NCBI GenBank assembly: GCA_004195315.1
Contig: SDWL01000001.1
Location: forward strand, 1 to 37,150
DNA: 37,150 bases
Source: Lutibacter sp.
Lineage (GTDB): Bacteria > Bacteroidota > Bacteroidia > Flavobacteriales > Flavobacteriaceae
Direction: 5' to 3'
The notes beneath the pieces were generated by a model that saw nothing but the letters and a program-made list of their open reading frames with translations, ran no database searches and was not told where the DNA came from. The translations under genes and the position numbers were made by a program. Shown here piece after piece: positions 19,649 to 28,956 of this stretch. The first letter of the stretch is position 1, and each line of letters starts with the position of its first letter.

Positions 19649-19675
19649 CGTATAATTAATTTAAAACTATAAGAA

Positions 19676-19816
19676 ATGAAAAAATTTACAGAAACAACAA
19701 CACAAGAAGAAACAGTATTAGACACAATGATTAAAGATGCTCAGTGGAATTTTGATTATCATACAAGAAAATTAAAAGAGTACGAAGTAGTATTAAATAT
19801 CTTAAATAAAAAATAG
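19676..19816 (+). CDS. hypothetical protein, 46 aa, first early gene
   Basis: hand translation MKKFTETTTQEETVLDTMIKDAQWNFDYHTRKLKEYEVVLNILNKK. Confidence 0.6.
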   Translation: MKKFTETTTQEETVLDTMIKDAQWNFDYHTRKLKEYEVVLNILNKK

Positions 19817-19817
19817 T

Positions 19818-20030
19818 ATGAAATCAGAAAATTACAAAGGGGTTGATTTTGCAGATCCGAAACATCCAAGATTTAAGAATATTAAAAAAAGATGGGTAGC
19901 TCAGTTACAATATAGGGGTGTTAGATGGCGATGTCACTATCTTACAGAGCGTGAAGCTGCAATAGGTTATGATATGAGATTAATTAGATACGGATTAGAG
20001 CCGATAAACATTTTAAAAAAAGTAGTATGA
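19818..20030 (+). CDS. AP2-like DNA-binding domain protein
   Basis: YKGV...KRWVAQLQY...YLTEREAAIGYD. Confidence 0.7.
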   Translation: MKSENYKGVDFADPKHPRFKNIKKRWVAQLQYRGVRWRCHYLTEREAAIGYDMRLIRYGLEPINILKKVV

Positions 20031-20317
20031 ACAAGCAAGAAATTTTAAACGGTATTAAATCTATTAATTTAGATTGCTCAGACTTTGATCAAAACTTTGA
20101 AGGCGACCAACATTCAACATCAACTTGCAAAAAAGGAGTTGAAACAGAAAACTATAATATTGAAATAGAATTTGAAGAAATTGTAATGTGGACTGGGTAT
20201 GACGACTATGAGTTTGAAGCATTATTTTTAAGTGATGTTGTTATTATAGATATACACGGAAAAGATTACAGCGACAAAATTACAGATAACGAAATATTAA
20301 ACTGTATAAATTATTAA
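20027..20317 (+). CDS. hypothetical acidic protein
   Basis: ORF track, overlapping start/stop. Confidence 0.7.
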   Translation: MNKQEILNGIKSINLDCSDFDQNFEGDQHSTSTCKKGVETENYNIEIEFEEIVMWTGYDDYEFEALFLSDVVIIDIHGKDYSDKITDNEILNCINY

Positions 20318-20319
20318 TT

Positions 20320-20640
20320 ATGAAAAAACTATTATTATTGATGTTGATTAGTTCAGCATCTTACGGACAGATAGCAGAGGATAAGAAATTACATTTTATA
20401 GTTGGTGCTGGTGTATCGGCTATTACATACGTAACAGTATTAGAAATTACCAACGACACTAAAAAGGCTTTTTGGTATTCTTTCGGAATGTCGGTATTAG
20501 CGGGTGTAACAAAGGAATTAATAGACCAGCGAGTGTATAAAGGATTTGATAGTAAGGATATATTAGCTACTTCATTAGGTGGAGTGTCAGTATCTTTTAC
20601 ATTTAATTTATTTGACAAACAACAAAAGAGAAGAAGATAG
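20320..20640 (+). CDS. membrane protein, YfiM/DUF2279-like
   Basis: signal peptide, DKKLHF, GVTKELID, DILATSLGG. Confidence 0.7.
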   Translation: MKKLLLLMLISSASYGQIAEDKKLHFIVGAGVSAITYVTVLEITNDTKKAFWYSFGMSVLAGVTKELIDQRVYKGFDSKDILATSLGGVSVSFTFNLFDKQQKRRR

Positions 20641-20641
20641 T

Positions 20642-20806
20642 ATGAGAAAACAATTTTGGAATAGTATAGATGAGCATCCAATAGTAGGAGGTTATTATAG
20701 AAGTTGGGAAGAAGAACTAAAGATTAAAGAGAACATTAAACAACGTAAAGAAAAGAAACTTAAAGAAAAGAAACTTAAATCAATAAAAAATGAAAACAGT
20801 TTATAA
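20642..20806 (+). CDS. hypothetical basic protein
   Basis: ATG at 20642 just after the upstream stop (the track starts it at 20579). Confidence 0.55.
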   Translation: MRKQFWNSIDEHPIVGGYYRSWEEELKIKENIKQRKEKKLKEKKLKSIKNENSL

Positions 20807-20978
20807 AATTATTATATCAATAGCAATAATAGCCTTATTTATGGCGGTAGTATATTATGGAGTTCAATTATTCTTTTGGATATTGTATTTATTATTAAAA
20901 TATCCTGTTTATTTTGGTTCTGCATTTGTTTTAATCGTTTCTTTGTTGTATATTCGTAAAACATTAAAAACTAAATAA
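20790..20978 (+). CDS. small membrane protein
   Basis: two hydrophobic segments. Confidence 0.65.
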   Translation: MKTVYKIIISIAIIALFMAVVYYGVQLFFWILYLLLKYPVYFGSAFVLIVSLLYIRKTLKTK

Positions 20979-20980
20979 TT

Positions 20981-21595
20981 ATGGAATTAAAAGAATTAAA
21001 AAAAGTTATACCTCATAAATGGAGAGTGCAAAGTACTAATGAATATAATTCTCAATGTGTTGCTTATGTAGACGCAAGAGATGTGCAAGATTTATTAGAT
21101 GATGTTTGTGGTCCTGAAAATTGGCAATGTAAATTTCAAGAGCATAAAGGTAATTTATTTTGCAGTATTGGAATAAATATAGAGCAAAGAAGAAATGATA
21201 ATAGTGTTGACAGTATGGGATGGGTTTGGAAGTCAGATTGTGGAACTGAAAGCAATATAGAAAAACAAAAGGGAGAAAGTTCTGATGCTTTTAAACGTGC
21301 TGCTGTTATGTGGGGTATTGGTAGATTTTTATATTCTAAAAAGATTATTAAAATTAAAGAAGTTATTAAAGATAATAACGGTAAATATCACCCAGCACAA
21401 AATGGGAAACGTATTTGGGATGTAAATAAATATTGTAATGACTTAAATAAAAAACAAAAATTAGACGCTAAAGGTATGGACTTCTTAATTACACGTGGTA
21501 CAGTTGAACATATTAGCGATGCTTTTAAATTAAGAGATATTGAACCAGCACAAAAACTTTTATTAGATAAGCGATTAGCAGAATTAAAGAAATGA
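20981..21595 (+). CDS. Rad52/22-family (Sak-like) single-strand annealing protein
   Basis: AYVDARDVQDLLDDVCGPENWQ...KGESSDAFKRAAVMWGIGRFLY. Confidence 0.85.
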   Translation: MELKELKKVIPHKWRVQSTNEYNSQCVAYVDARDVQDLLDDVCGPENWQCKFQEHKGNLFCSIGINIEQRRNDNSVDSMGWVWKSDCGTESNIEKQKGESSDAFKRAAVMWGIGRFLYSKKIIKIKEVIKDNNGKYHPAQNGKRIWDVNKYCNDLNKKQKLDAKGMDFLITRGTVEHISDAFKLRDIEPAQKLLLDKRLAELKK

Positions 21596-21627
21596 AAAAT
21601 AGATTTATTAATTAAAACATTTGACTT

Positions 21628-21840
21628 ATGCCAACGGTAAACGCAACATTTAAAATAGATGAATTTCAACTTACAGAATTTGATAGTTGGTTTAGAAATC
21701 ATTATGATGTAGTAGATTTAAAAATACTACCCAATACAGAACAGTTGTATTTAAGCGACCCAATATTTAAGAAATTGGTACACAACGTTAGAACGTGTAC
21801 TAAATTGAGAGATGAGTATATTAATAAAGTTAATATATGA
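21628..21840 (+). CDS. hypothetical protein
   Basis: ORF track, coupled to the next gene. Confidence 0.65.
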   Translation: MPTVNATFKIDEFQLTEFDSWFRNHYDVVDLKILPNTEQLYLSDPIFKKLVHNVRTCTKLRDEYINKVNI

Positions 21841-22250
21841 AATTCACAATAGTTAAACAACTTAACAACACTTTTAAAGTCGCTTACGATACTGACTACG
21901 ATAAAATAAAACGTATAAAAGTAGGTGACTTTTTAGAATGTGAAATTAAGAAGCCTCGAAATTATATGTTTCATAAAAAGTTCTTTGCATTGCTTAATAT
22001 GGTTTATCAAAACCAAGAAAGGTACAATAGTATAGATCATTTAAGGAATGATTTAACCATTGAAGCTGGATATTACACACTAAGGTATAACTTAGAAGGA
22101 AAACAAATATATGAAGCTGATAGTATCTCATTCTCACAAATGAATGAAGAGTCTTTTAGTGAATATTATAATAAATGTTTGGATGTTATAGTGAAATATT
22201 TTAATTTTGACAAACAAGATATAATTGAAAACGTAGAACAATATTTTTAA
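21837..22250 (+). CDS. DUF1367-like protein
   Basis: KPRNYMFHKKFFALL...EAGYY...SISFSQMNEESFSEYY. Confidence 0.75.
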   Translation: MKFTIVKQLNNTFKVAYDTDYDKIKRIKVGDFLECEIKKPRNYMFHKKFFALLNMVYQNQERYNSIDHLRNDLTIEAGYYTLRYNLEGKQIYEADSISFSQMNEESFSEYYNKCLDVIVKYFNFDKQDIIENVEQYF

Positions 22251-22260
22251 ACAATAAATT

Positions 22261-22437
22261 ATGAGATTAATAACAGAAGAAGTCGGTAGAAACAGAGAGG
22301 GAATTAGATTAGTTAGAAATTATTTTATGTATGATGACAAAACTAATTATTTAGTAAAAGCACAGTCTTATTATACTAGAGAAGAAAAAAAATTAGCTAA
22401 ATTAAATTACAAAAAATCAAATAAATTATGGAAGTAA
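22261..22437 (+). CDS. hypothetical protein, 58 aa
   Basis: hand translation MRLITEEVGRNREGIRLVRNYFMYDDK...; fills the gap. Confidence 0.5.
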   Translation: MRLITEEVGRNREGIRLVRNYFMYDDKTNYLVKAQSYYTREEKKLAKLNYKKSNKLWK

Positions 22438-22784
22438 ACGGAAGTATTAAAAGAATTAACGAAACTAAAACATACGGAGAAAGTGGTTTTAGAAAAAGGG
22501 AAATGGTTTTAACGACAAAAGACCAATACCCTCAAATGTTAAACATTGAATTTGTGCAAGATAAATGCGATATCTTAGATAAATATAAAGTAGATGACGA
22601 GGTTAAAATATCAATTAACTTAACTGGTAGGGAATGGATAAATCCACAAGGTGAAGCTGTTTATTTTAACGCTATACAAGGATGGAGGATTGAGAAAATG
22701 GAAGGTATGCAAACACCACCACCATTAGCACCTGTTGGAGATGCATTGAATGAAAGTAATGAAGTTTCAGATATCCCATTTTAA
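22428..22784 (+). CDS. DUF3127 family SSB-like OB-fold protein
   Basis: FRKREMVLTT...QYPQ...EFVQDKC...GREW...YFNAIQGWRI and acidic C-terminal DIPF. Confidence 0.85.
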   Translation: MEVNGSIKRINETKTYGESGFRKREMVLTTKDQYPQMLNIEFVQDKCDILDKYKVDDEVKISINLTGREWINPQGEAVYFNAIQGWRIEKMEGMQTPPPLAPVGDALNESNEVSDIPF

Positions 22785-22786
22785 TT

Positions 22787-22966
22787 ATGGAAAATCTACC
22801 ATTTGTAATATGGCTTATTGGTTATCCTTTAGCAAGTTCTATTACTAGATATTTAGCACAAAAAACTAAAAGATTAAACAAAGAAGAACCTTATAGCTAT
22901 AATGTTTTACTTGCAGGATCTATAATTGATTTAATAATATGGATTGTAATAGCTAATATATTATAA
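22787..22966 (+). CDS. small membrane protein, 59 aa
   Basis: hand translation MENLPFVIWLIGYPLASSITRYL...LIIWIVIANIL. Confidence 0.55.
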   Translation: MENLPFVIWLIGYPLASSITRYLAQKTKRLNKEEPYSYNVLLAGSIIDLIIWIVIANIL

Positions 22967-23514
22967 TGACTAAGATAAGAAAAAAGCGGTGTAAGTTATG
23001 TAATAAACAATTTACGCCGTTTAATTCTTTTCAGCGAGTCTGCTCAGTAGGTTGCGCCATTGAATTAACTAAACAAATTAAGAAAGAAAATGACGCTACT
23101 ATTGAGTTACTTGTAAAGAAGAAAAAAGAACGTGTAGCATTAGGTACTGTTTTAGGCTACACAAAAACAAAAGTTCATCAGTACATTAGACTAAGAGATA
23201 AACATAAGCCTTGTATAAGTTGCGGTACTGAATGGAAAGATGATTTTGACGCTGGACATTTTTATTCAGCAGCAAAATACACATCGATTAAATTTGATTT
23301 ACATAATATAAACGGTCAGTGCATTCAATGTAACAGATTTAAAGAAGGGAACTTTGACGAATATAGTTTAAACCTACCTAATAGAATTGGTATATCAAAC
23401 TATAACAAACTTGTTAAACGTGCTAAAAATAGTAAGAAAACGATTAAGAAGTATAATAGAGAGGAACTTAAAGAAATACAAAATGAAATCAAAAGAAAAA
23501 CTAAAGAGTTATAG
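22966..23514 (+). CDS. ninG: NinG/Rap-family recombination endonuclease
   Basis: YIRLRD...CISCG...DAGHF...NINGQCIQCN. Confidence 0.9.
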   Translation: MTKIRKKRCKLCNKQFTPFNSFQRVCSVGCAIELTKQIKKENDATIELLVKKKKERVALGTVLGYTKTKVHQYIRLRDKHKPCISCGTEWKDDFDAGHFYSAAKYTSIKFDLHNINGQCIQCNRFKEGNFDEYSLNLPNRIGISNYNKLVKRAKNSKKTIKKYNREELKEIQNEIKRKTKEL

Positions 23515-23620
23515 ATTTGATAGTAATGAATGGTTTGATGTAATAGTTGAAGCAGAAGATTTTGAAAGAGCAAAAATTAGATATAATAAATTATTACGTA
23601 AAAAAGAACATAGAATATGA
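23483..23620 (+). CDS. hypothetical protein, 45 aa
   Basis: MKSKEKLKSYRFDSNEWFDVIVEAEDFERAK...; internal ATG of track ORF 23387..23620. Confidence 0.5.
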   Translation: MKSKEKLKSYRFDSNEWFDVIVEAEDFERAKIRYNKLLRKKEHRI

Positions 23621-23775
23621 CATCACATATACACTCATCAAAAAAACACAAAGGTATATTCTTTGTAAACGGAAAAATAATAAGTTTAAGAGATTATAGG
23701 CTATGTAGATATAACGATTTAACACCAGTGGAAATAGAACACTTTGAGCACTATTTAAGAGCTAACAAATTATAG
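23617..23775 (+). CDS. hypothetical protein, 52 aa
   Basis: ATGA overlap; hand translation MTSHIHSSKKHKGIFFVNGKII... Confidence 0.5.
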   Translation: MTSHIHSSKKHKGIFFVNGKIISLRDYRLCRYNDLTPVEIEHFEHYLRANKL

Positions 23776-23776
23776 T

Positions 23777-24154
23777 ATGAAAACAGAAAATGAAGTTGAA
23801 GATGTTTTATTTTATTTTTACAATAACAATGATAACAGGTCAGCAGTTATTGCTAAGAAACTTAATATCAATTTATCTAAAGTTAGTCAAATTATAGAAT
23901 TAGATTTGTCTAAAAAACGTAATTATATGCCTAGCCTTAAAGTGGAAAGAAAAGGTAGTATTAAAAACAGAAAGCCTATTAGAGCGTATAATGATGACGA
24001 CAAACTACTCGGTGAGTTTCCATCTCTTTTAGATTGCGCCAAAAAATTAGGAGTTAATCCAGGCTGTATATCAAAATATTTATCAGGATTAGGAGGAGAT
24101 GGTTTATTTATTACCCATAAAGGACAACGTAAAATAAGATATGAGTTATTGTAA
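23777..24154 (+). CDS. DNA-binding protein with HTH and NUMOD1-like domains
   Basis: IAKKLNINLSKVSQII and KPIRAY...LGEFPSLLDCAKKLGVNPGCISKYL. Confidence 0.7.
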   Translation: MKTENEVEDVLFYFYNNNDNRSAVIAKKLNINLSKVSQIIELDLSKKRNYMPSLKVERKGSIKNRKPIRAYNDDDKLLGEFPSLLDCAKKLGVNPGCISKYLSGLGGDGLFITHKGQRKIRYELL

Positions 24155-24242
24155 CTTTTATAGATACTTTTAGTACTTATGTCGATACTTTTAATTTATA
24201 ATAAATTAGATTATATGATATATATTTTGTATATTGAGAGCT

Positions 24243-24330
24243 GTTACGGTTTGGCGACATAGTAACTTAAAATATTTAAACCTTACAACGATAGTATATG
24301 CCAAACCATACTTGAATTGTAAGGTTTTTT
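24243..24330 (+). promoter_or_regulatory. two-hairpin leader with complementary loops and a terminator
   Basis: GTTAC/GTAAC hairpin with GGTTTGGC in its loop; AAACCTTACAA/TTGTAAGGTTT 11-bp stem plus T-tract with GCCAAACC in its loop. Confidence 0.65.
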
Positions 24331-24348
24331 AATATAATAATATTTAAT

Positions 24349-24621
24349 ATGAAAGAATTAAAAGAGTATTTTGTAGGAATTGGACAAGTTAAAGGTTACA
24401 TTTTTAATCAGGTTAAAGCGTCAGATTATGCTTACTTGTACGAAGTATCAGAAAACAATGTATTACATTATGAAGTTTTTAAACGTCGTGAAAACTCACT
24501 TTACGAATGTGTATCATATCCAAGTGATAAAGCATTTGGAGTTTGGGCTTGGACTTGTAACACTTTAGAACGTGCTGAAGATAAGTTTAACGAAATTGAG
24601 CTTAATGAATTACTTAAATAA
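24349..24621 (+). CDS. hypothetical protein, 90 aa
   Basis: ORF track; HYEVFKR...YPSDKAFGVWAW. Confidence 0.75.
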   Translation: MKELKEYFVGIGQVKGYIFNQVKASDYAYLYEVSENNVLHYEVFKRRENSLYECVSYPSDKAFGVWAWTCNTLERAEDKFNEIELNELLK

Positions 24622-24630
24622 GTTTAGAAT

Positions 24631-25338
24631 ATGGCTAAGGATTTACCATACTTTAAATTTTTCTGCTCAGAGTGGAACGATGGAGATATAACACTTGAAA
24701 CTTATGAACATCAAGGATTGTTTATAAATATATGCTCTTACTATTGGAGCAATGAATGTAATTTACATTTTGATAAATTAATTAAAAGGTTTAGAAGTTG
24801 TGAAGAACTTATAGATGATTTAAGTGCTGCTGGTTTGTTTAAAATAAAACAAGATAGATTTATATCAATTAGTTTTTTAGATGAACAAAGAGAAGAGCGA
24901 GATGAACAATCTAAAAAAAGTAGTAAAGCTGGAATAGCAAGTGCAAAAGCTCGTAAATTAAAGAAATTACAACAAGAAACTAACATAAGTTTAACACAAA
25001 TTGAACATCCGTTGAATTTTGGTTCAACAGAAACTCAACCATTAAGAGAAGAAGAGAAGAGAAGAGATAAGAAAAAAGAAGATAATATAATTAATAATAG
25101 CCAATTTATTAAAAAATGTTTAGATAATAAACAATGGATAGAAGTAATAGCTATGCAAAATAAAATAAAAATTGATGTTATTAAAATATTTATTACTACA
25201 TTTGAAAACCATTTAATAACAATGGAAGAACAAAAGAAAAGTATAAAGGATTTTAAAGTACATTTTACTAATTGGTTAAGCAAACAAAACTTATCACAAT
25301 TTAGAGTAAAGAAAATAGGTAAAACAAATCAAATATAA
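24631..25338 (+). CDS. putative replication initiator (DUF1376-like N-terminus)
   Basis: MAKDLPYFKFFCSEW...QGLFINICSYYW, AGIASAKAR, C-terminal HFTNWL; directly upstream of the primase-helicase. Confidence 0.7.
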   Translation: MAKDLPYFKFFCSEWNDGDITLETYEHQGLFINICSYYWSNECNLHFDKLIKRFRSCEELIDDLSAAGLFKIKQDRFISISFLDEQREERDEQSKKSSKAGIASAKARKLKKLQQETNISLTQIEHPLNFGSTETQPLREEEKRRDKKKEDNIINNSQFIKKCLDNKQWIEVIAMQNKIKIDVIKIFITTFENHLITMEEQKKSIKDFKVHFTNWLSKQNLSQFRVKKIGKTNQI

Positions 25339-27176
25339 TGGAGATAAACGGATTTGAAATAAATGAATATAATATATACGGAATAGCTGAAAAGTCTAAA
25401 ACTTCAATTTGTCCTAAGTGTTCACAAGATAGAAAAAAGAAAACAGATAAATGTATGTCTGTACATTGGGATACTGGATTGGGACAATGTAATCATTGCG
25501 GAGAAACTATACAACTACATACATATAAATCAAAGCAAGTTATAAAAGAGTATGTAAAACCAATCCTAAGCCATCCTAATATAGATTTAAGCGATAAACT
25601 ATTAAGTTATATGTTAGACGTTAGACGTGTAAGTAAAAGTGCGTTAAATACGTTAAAAATACGTGAATCAAAAGAATGGATGCCTCAAACAAAAAAAGAT
25701 GAAAATGTAATATGTTTTGATTATTATTTAGAAAATGAATTAATTAACGTAAAATATAGAGATGCACGTAAAAATTTTAAACTTTTTAAAGGTGCTGAAA
25801 AGATATTTTACAATATCGACAACATAGCAACATCAAGGGAGTGTATAATTGTTGAAGGTGAAATTGATGTACTTTCATTTGTTACTGCTGGGTATATTAA
25901 TTGCGTATCAGTTCCTAATGGTTTTAATTTAAAAGGTGACGTTAGTTTAGATTATTTAGATAATTATTATAATTACTTTGAAAATAAAGAAGTTATTTAT
26001 TTAGCTGTAGATAATGATGCAGCAGGAATACACGGTCAAAAAGAATTAATTAGAAGGTTTGGAGCTGAAAAATGTAAATTAGTAGATTTTAAAGATTGTA
26101 AAGATGCTAATGACTATCTTATTAAATATGGTAAAGATGAACTTTCAAACGTTATTGTAAAAGCGAAAGATGTTAAGATTGAAGGTGTATTTAGTGTTTC
26201 TGATGTACGTAAAAGTATGTTATATTCATATAAGAACGGACAAAATAGAGGTACAACAACTTATATTGATGTTGTAGATAAAGCTTTTACATGGAGAGGT
26301 GGAGAGGTTAATTTATGGACTGGATATAATAATGAAGGTAAGAGCTTATTGTTAAATCAGATGTGTACTATTAGGGCTTATTGGGAAAGTGCAAAAGTAG
26401 GTATTTTTTCACCTGAGAATATGCCAATAGATGATTTTTTTAATGATATAGTTGAAATGTATATAGGTAAAAGTTGTGATCCTTTTTACACTAATAATTA
26501 TATGAGTGAAGAAGAATTCAACGAAGGTATGGATTTTGTGGATAAAAATTTTTTCCTAATACACCCAGAGAAAGATTTTAAACTTGAATCCATTTTTGAA
26601 CGTGCAAGATATTTAGTAAGGAAAAAAGGTATTAGAACTTTAATAATTGACCCTTACAATACTATTGAACATAAAATGAGAAGTGGTGAGCGTGAAGATT
26701 TATATATAAGTAGATTTATGTCAGATTTAAAGCGTTTAGCAGTTGAATTGAATATTAGTGTTAATTTAGTTGCTCATCAAGTAACACCTAAGAAAAATGA
26801 AAATGACGAAGGTCGCTATCATAAGCCAATGTTAAATAATATTAAGGGTGGTGGTACATTTTCAGATAAAACAGATAATTCTTTATTTGTATGGAGACCA
26901 AATAGAGCCTTAGATTTTAAAGATAGTGAAGTTATTTTTGGTAGTCAAAAAATTAAAAAGCAAAAGTTAGTAGGTATTCCTCAGGATATTGATAATATTG
27001 ATTTTAATGTAAGAATGAATAGATATTTATTTAATGGTATAAGTCCATTTACTAAAATTGATTTTCATAGAAAAGGAATTAATATTGATGAAATAAAAGA
27101 AAAACCATTACCTATAATAGACGTAAAAGATGCTTTTGAAACAGAAGCTACAAGTCCAGATGATTTTGATTTTTAA
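25338..27176 (+). CDS. bifunctional primase-helicase (T7 gp4/Twinkle-like)
   Basis: Zn finger CPKC...CNHC, TOPRIM IVEGEIDVLS and DND, KDAND, Walker A TGYNNEGKS, IIDPYN, LVAHQ. Confidence 0.92.
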   Translation: MEINGFEINEYNIYGIAEKSKTSICPKCSQDRKKKTDKCMSVHWDTGLGQCNHCGETIQLHTYKSKQVIKEYVKPILSHPNIDLSDKLLSYMLDVRRVSKSALNTLKIRESKEWMPQTKKDENVICFDYYLENELINVKYRDARKNFKLFKGAEKIFYNIDNIATSRECIIVEGEIDVLSFVTAGYINCVSVPNGFNLKGDVSLDYLDNYYNYFENKEVIYLAVDNDAAGIHGQKELIRRFGAEKCKLVDFKDCKDANDYLIKYGKDELSNVIVKAKDVKIEGVFSVSDVRKSMLYSYKNGQNRGTTTYIDVVDKAFTWRGGEVNLWTGYNNEGKSLLLNQMCTIRAYWESAKVGIFSPENMPIDDFFNDIVEMYIGKSCDPFYTNNYMSEEEFNEGMDFVDKNFFLIHPEKDFKLESIFERARYLVRKKGIRTLIIDPYNTIEHKMRSGEREDLYISRFMSDLKRLAVELNISVNLVAHQVTPKKNENDEGRYHKPMLNNIKGGGTFSDKTDNSLFVWRPNRALDFKDSEVIFGSQKIKKQKLVGIPQDIDNIDFNVRMNRYLFNGISPFTKIDFHRKGINIDEIKEKPLPIIDVKDAFETEATSPDDFDF

Positions 27177-27194
27177 AAATAATTAAAAAAAGTA

Positions 27195-27224
27195 TTGTTT
27201 ATTGAAATAAGTTTTGTAGATTTG
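27195..27224 (+). promoter_or_regulatory. Bacteroidota primary-sigma promoter heading the cassette array
   Basis: TTG (27195-97), 19-nt spacer, TAGATTTG (27217-24). Confidence 0.8.
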
Positions 27225-27253
27225 ATTATTATTAACAATTAAAAATATATATT

Positions 27254-27403
27254 ATGACACGTTTAGAGAGATTAGATAAAAAATGTTGGAATGTAACAGT
27301 AAATATGAACGGTAACGGTGCAACAGCCACTAAAAATAACGGATTAATAAAGGTTACAGGTACAAGTATAACTAATTTGCATAAAAAAATAATAGGTTAC
27401 TAA
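27254..27403 (+). CDS. hypothetical leader protein, 49 aa
   Basis: MTRLERLDKKCWNVTVNMNGNGATATKNNGLIKVTGTSITNLHKKIIGY; its TAA stop overlaps the first TAAC of the array. Confidence 0.6.
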   Translation: MTRLERLDKKCWNVTVNMNGNGATATKNNGLIKVTGTSITNLHKKIIGY

Positions 27404-27482
27404 CTGTATAGTACATAAAATAGTACGAGTAAAAAAACAACAGATTTTAAAATATTAATTTAATAAATAAATACAAAAAAAG

Positions 27483-27935
27483 ATGAAAAAAACATTAGTA
27501 ATAAGTGCTTTCCCTGCGACTGGAAAAACCTATTTTTTTAATAATACAAAACTAAATGTATTAGATAGCGACAGTAGTAATTTTGATAAAAAAGACTTTC
27601 CAAATAATTACATAGAACACATAAAAAAAAATATTAATAAAGTTGATATAATTTTAGTCTCAAGCCACAAAGAAGTTAGAGATGCACTTGTGAAAAACGG
27701 TATTGATTTTATGTTAGTATATCCCAAGATTGAATTAAAAGACGAATATATCCAGAGATATAAACAACGTGGAAGCAATGAAGGGTTTATACAATTAATA
27801 ACAGATAATTGGGATGTATGGATTACTGAATTAAAAACACAAGTATGTTGTACAAAAATAGGATTAACAAAAAATGATTATTTAAGCAATTTTATTAACA
27901 ACTATTTAAATAAAAAACAGATATTATGGATTTAA
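27483..27935 (+). CDS. P-loop NTPase/kinase-like protein
   Basis: VISAFPATGKTYF Walker A variant, LDSDSS. Confidence 0.75.
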   Translation: MKKTLVISAFPATGKTYFFNNTKLNVLDSDSSNFDKKDFPNNYIEHIKKNINKVDIILVSSHKEVRDALVKNGIDFMLVYPKIELKDEYIQRYKQRGSNEGFIQLITDNWDVWITELKTQVCCTKIGLTKNDYLSNFINNYLNKKQILWI

Positions 27936-28237
27936 CAAAAGAGATTTTAAAAAAGATTGGAGAATACGAAACATTTAACCAAGAAGCGGAAGATTGTAAT
28001 TATGTGAATAAAATTTATTGGCAAGATTTAGCCAAAGACTTGAATGATTTATTTGCTTTGCACGGAGTTATACGGCAAAGCGAACAGTTAAAGGACAAAT
28101 ATGTATTAAGTTTTGAGGATTGGAGAAGTTTCTTATTTAAATACACTGATACGACCTACTTAATTGGAGATAGAGAGGTTTCAGAATATGAACTACCTGA
28201 AATATATAAGGAAACCCTTAGAAAGTTAAACCTTTAA
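27926..28237 (+). CDS. cassette protein crossing the GTT site at 28067
   Basis: ALHGVIRQSEQL is encoded by the site. Confidence 0.75.
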   Translation: MDLTKEILKKIGEYETFNQEAEDCNYVNKIYWQDLAKDLNDLFALHGVIRQSEQLKDKYVLSFEDWRSFLFKYTDTTYLIGDREVSEYELPEIYKETLRKLNL

Positions 28238-28298
28238 TTGCGTATAACTGCTTTGCGAAATGATTAGTACGAATAAATACAAAAGTAAATATCGAATT

Positions 28299-28493
28299 AT
28301 GGAATGGATTAATATAGAAGAAAAGTTGCCATTAGAAAACAAAAGACAACAAAGTGAAGATGTACTTGTTTATAATGGAATGAGTGAAATGCAAGTTGGT
28401 TATACATTAGAGGGTTTTTGGCAAGACTATTACGGTGGTAGAAATATAGAAAAGGTTACGCATTGGAAACCATTACCCGAAGCACCTAAGTAA
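28299..28493 (+). CDS. DUF551-like protein
   Basis: MEWINIEEKLP...VTHWKPLPEAPK; ATG 28299 preferred over 28260. Confidence 0.8.
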   Translation: MEWINIEEKLPLENKRQQSEDVLVYNGMSEMQVGYTLEGFWQDYYGGRNIEKVTHWKPLPEAPK

Positions 28494-28956
28494 GTATTAA
28501 TTATTTTGAATAGTTGTTATTAGTTTTTGCGAAAAAGGAACGTAGTTATAAATAATAATACTGTTAAATAACCAAGAAACCTTTTAATTACAAAACAGAT
28601 ATCGTTGCAAATATTAATTATCAACTTAATAGTACATGAAAAGTAACGGATAAATTAAAAACGATTAAGTAGTTATTTTTTATGTACATAGTTGGTGTTT
28701 GTGTTGGAATAGATGAATGACGTTAATTAATAAAAATAATACAACGGTAATTAATAACAATTACTCTAAACACATAAAGACAACCAATATAAACTCCAAC
28801 TGGATTTAGAGTATGAATTTTAAAGAATTCAAAACAAGCACATTTTAGATGATTAACACACTTAAACATAGTGACAGTATAGGCTTAGCAGAGAATTCAA
28901 ACTTTAATAAATTATTTTGATAGTTACCCGAAGTAAAGGACAAAAATAAAAATATT

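Noticed and set aside
19255-19675. tRNA genes or a lysogeny module in the divergent region
   Set aside because: No cloverleaf or T-loop motif seen, and no integrase or CI-like repressor ORF recognised
27402-28693. Long-range nested pairing of the 27402 arm with the 28693 arm
   Set aside because: The 28693 arm pairs better with the nearby 28623 arm; the similarity reflects a shared arm family
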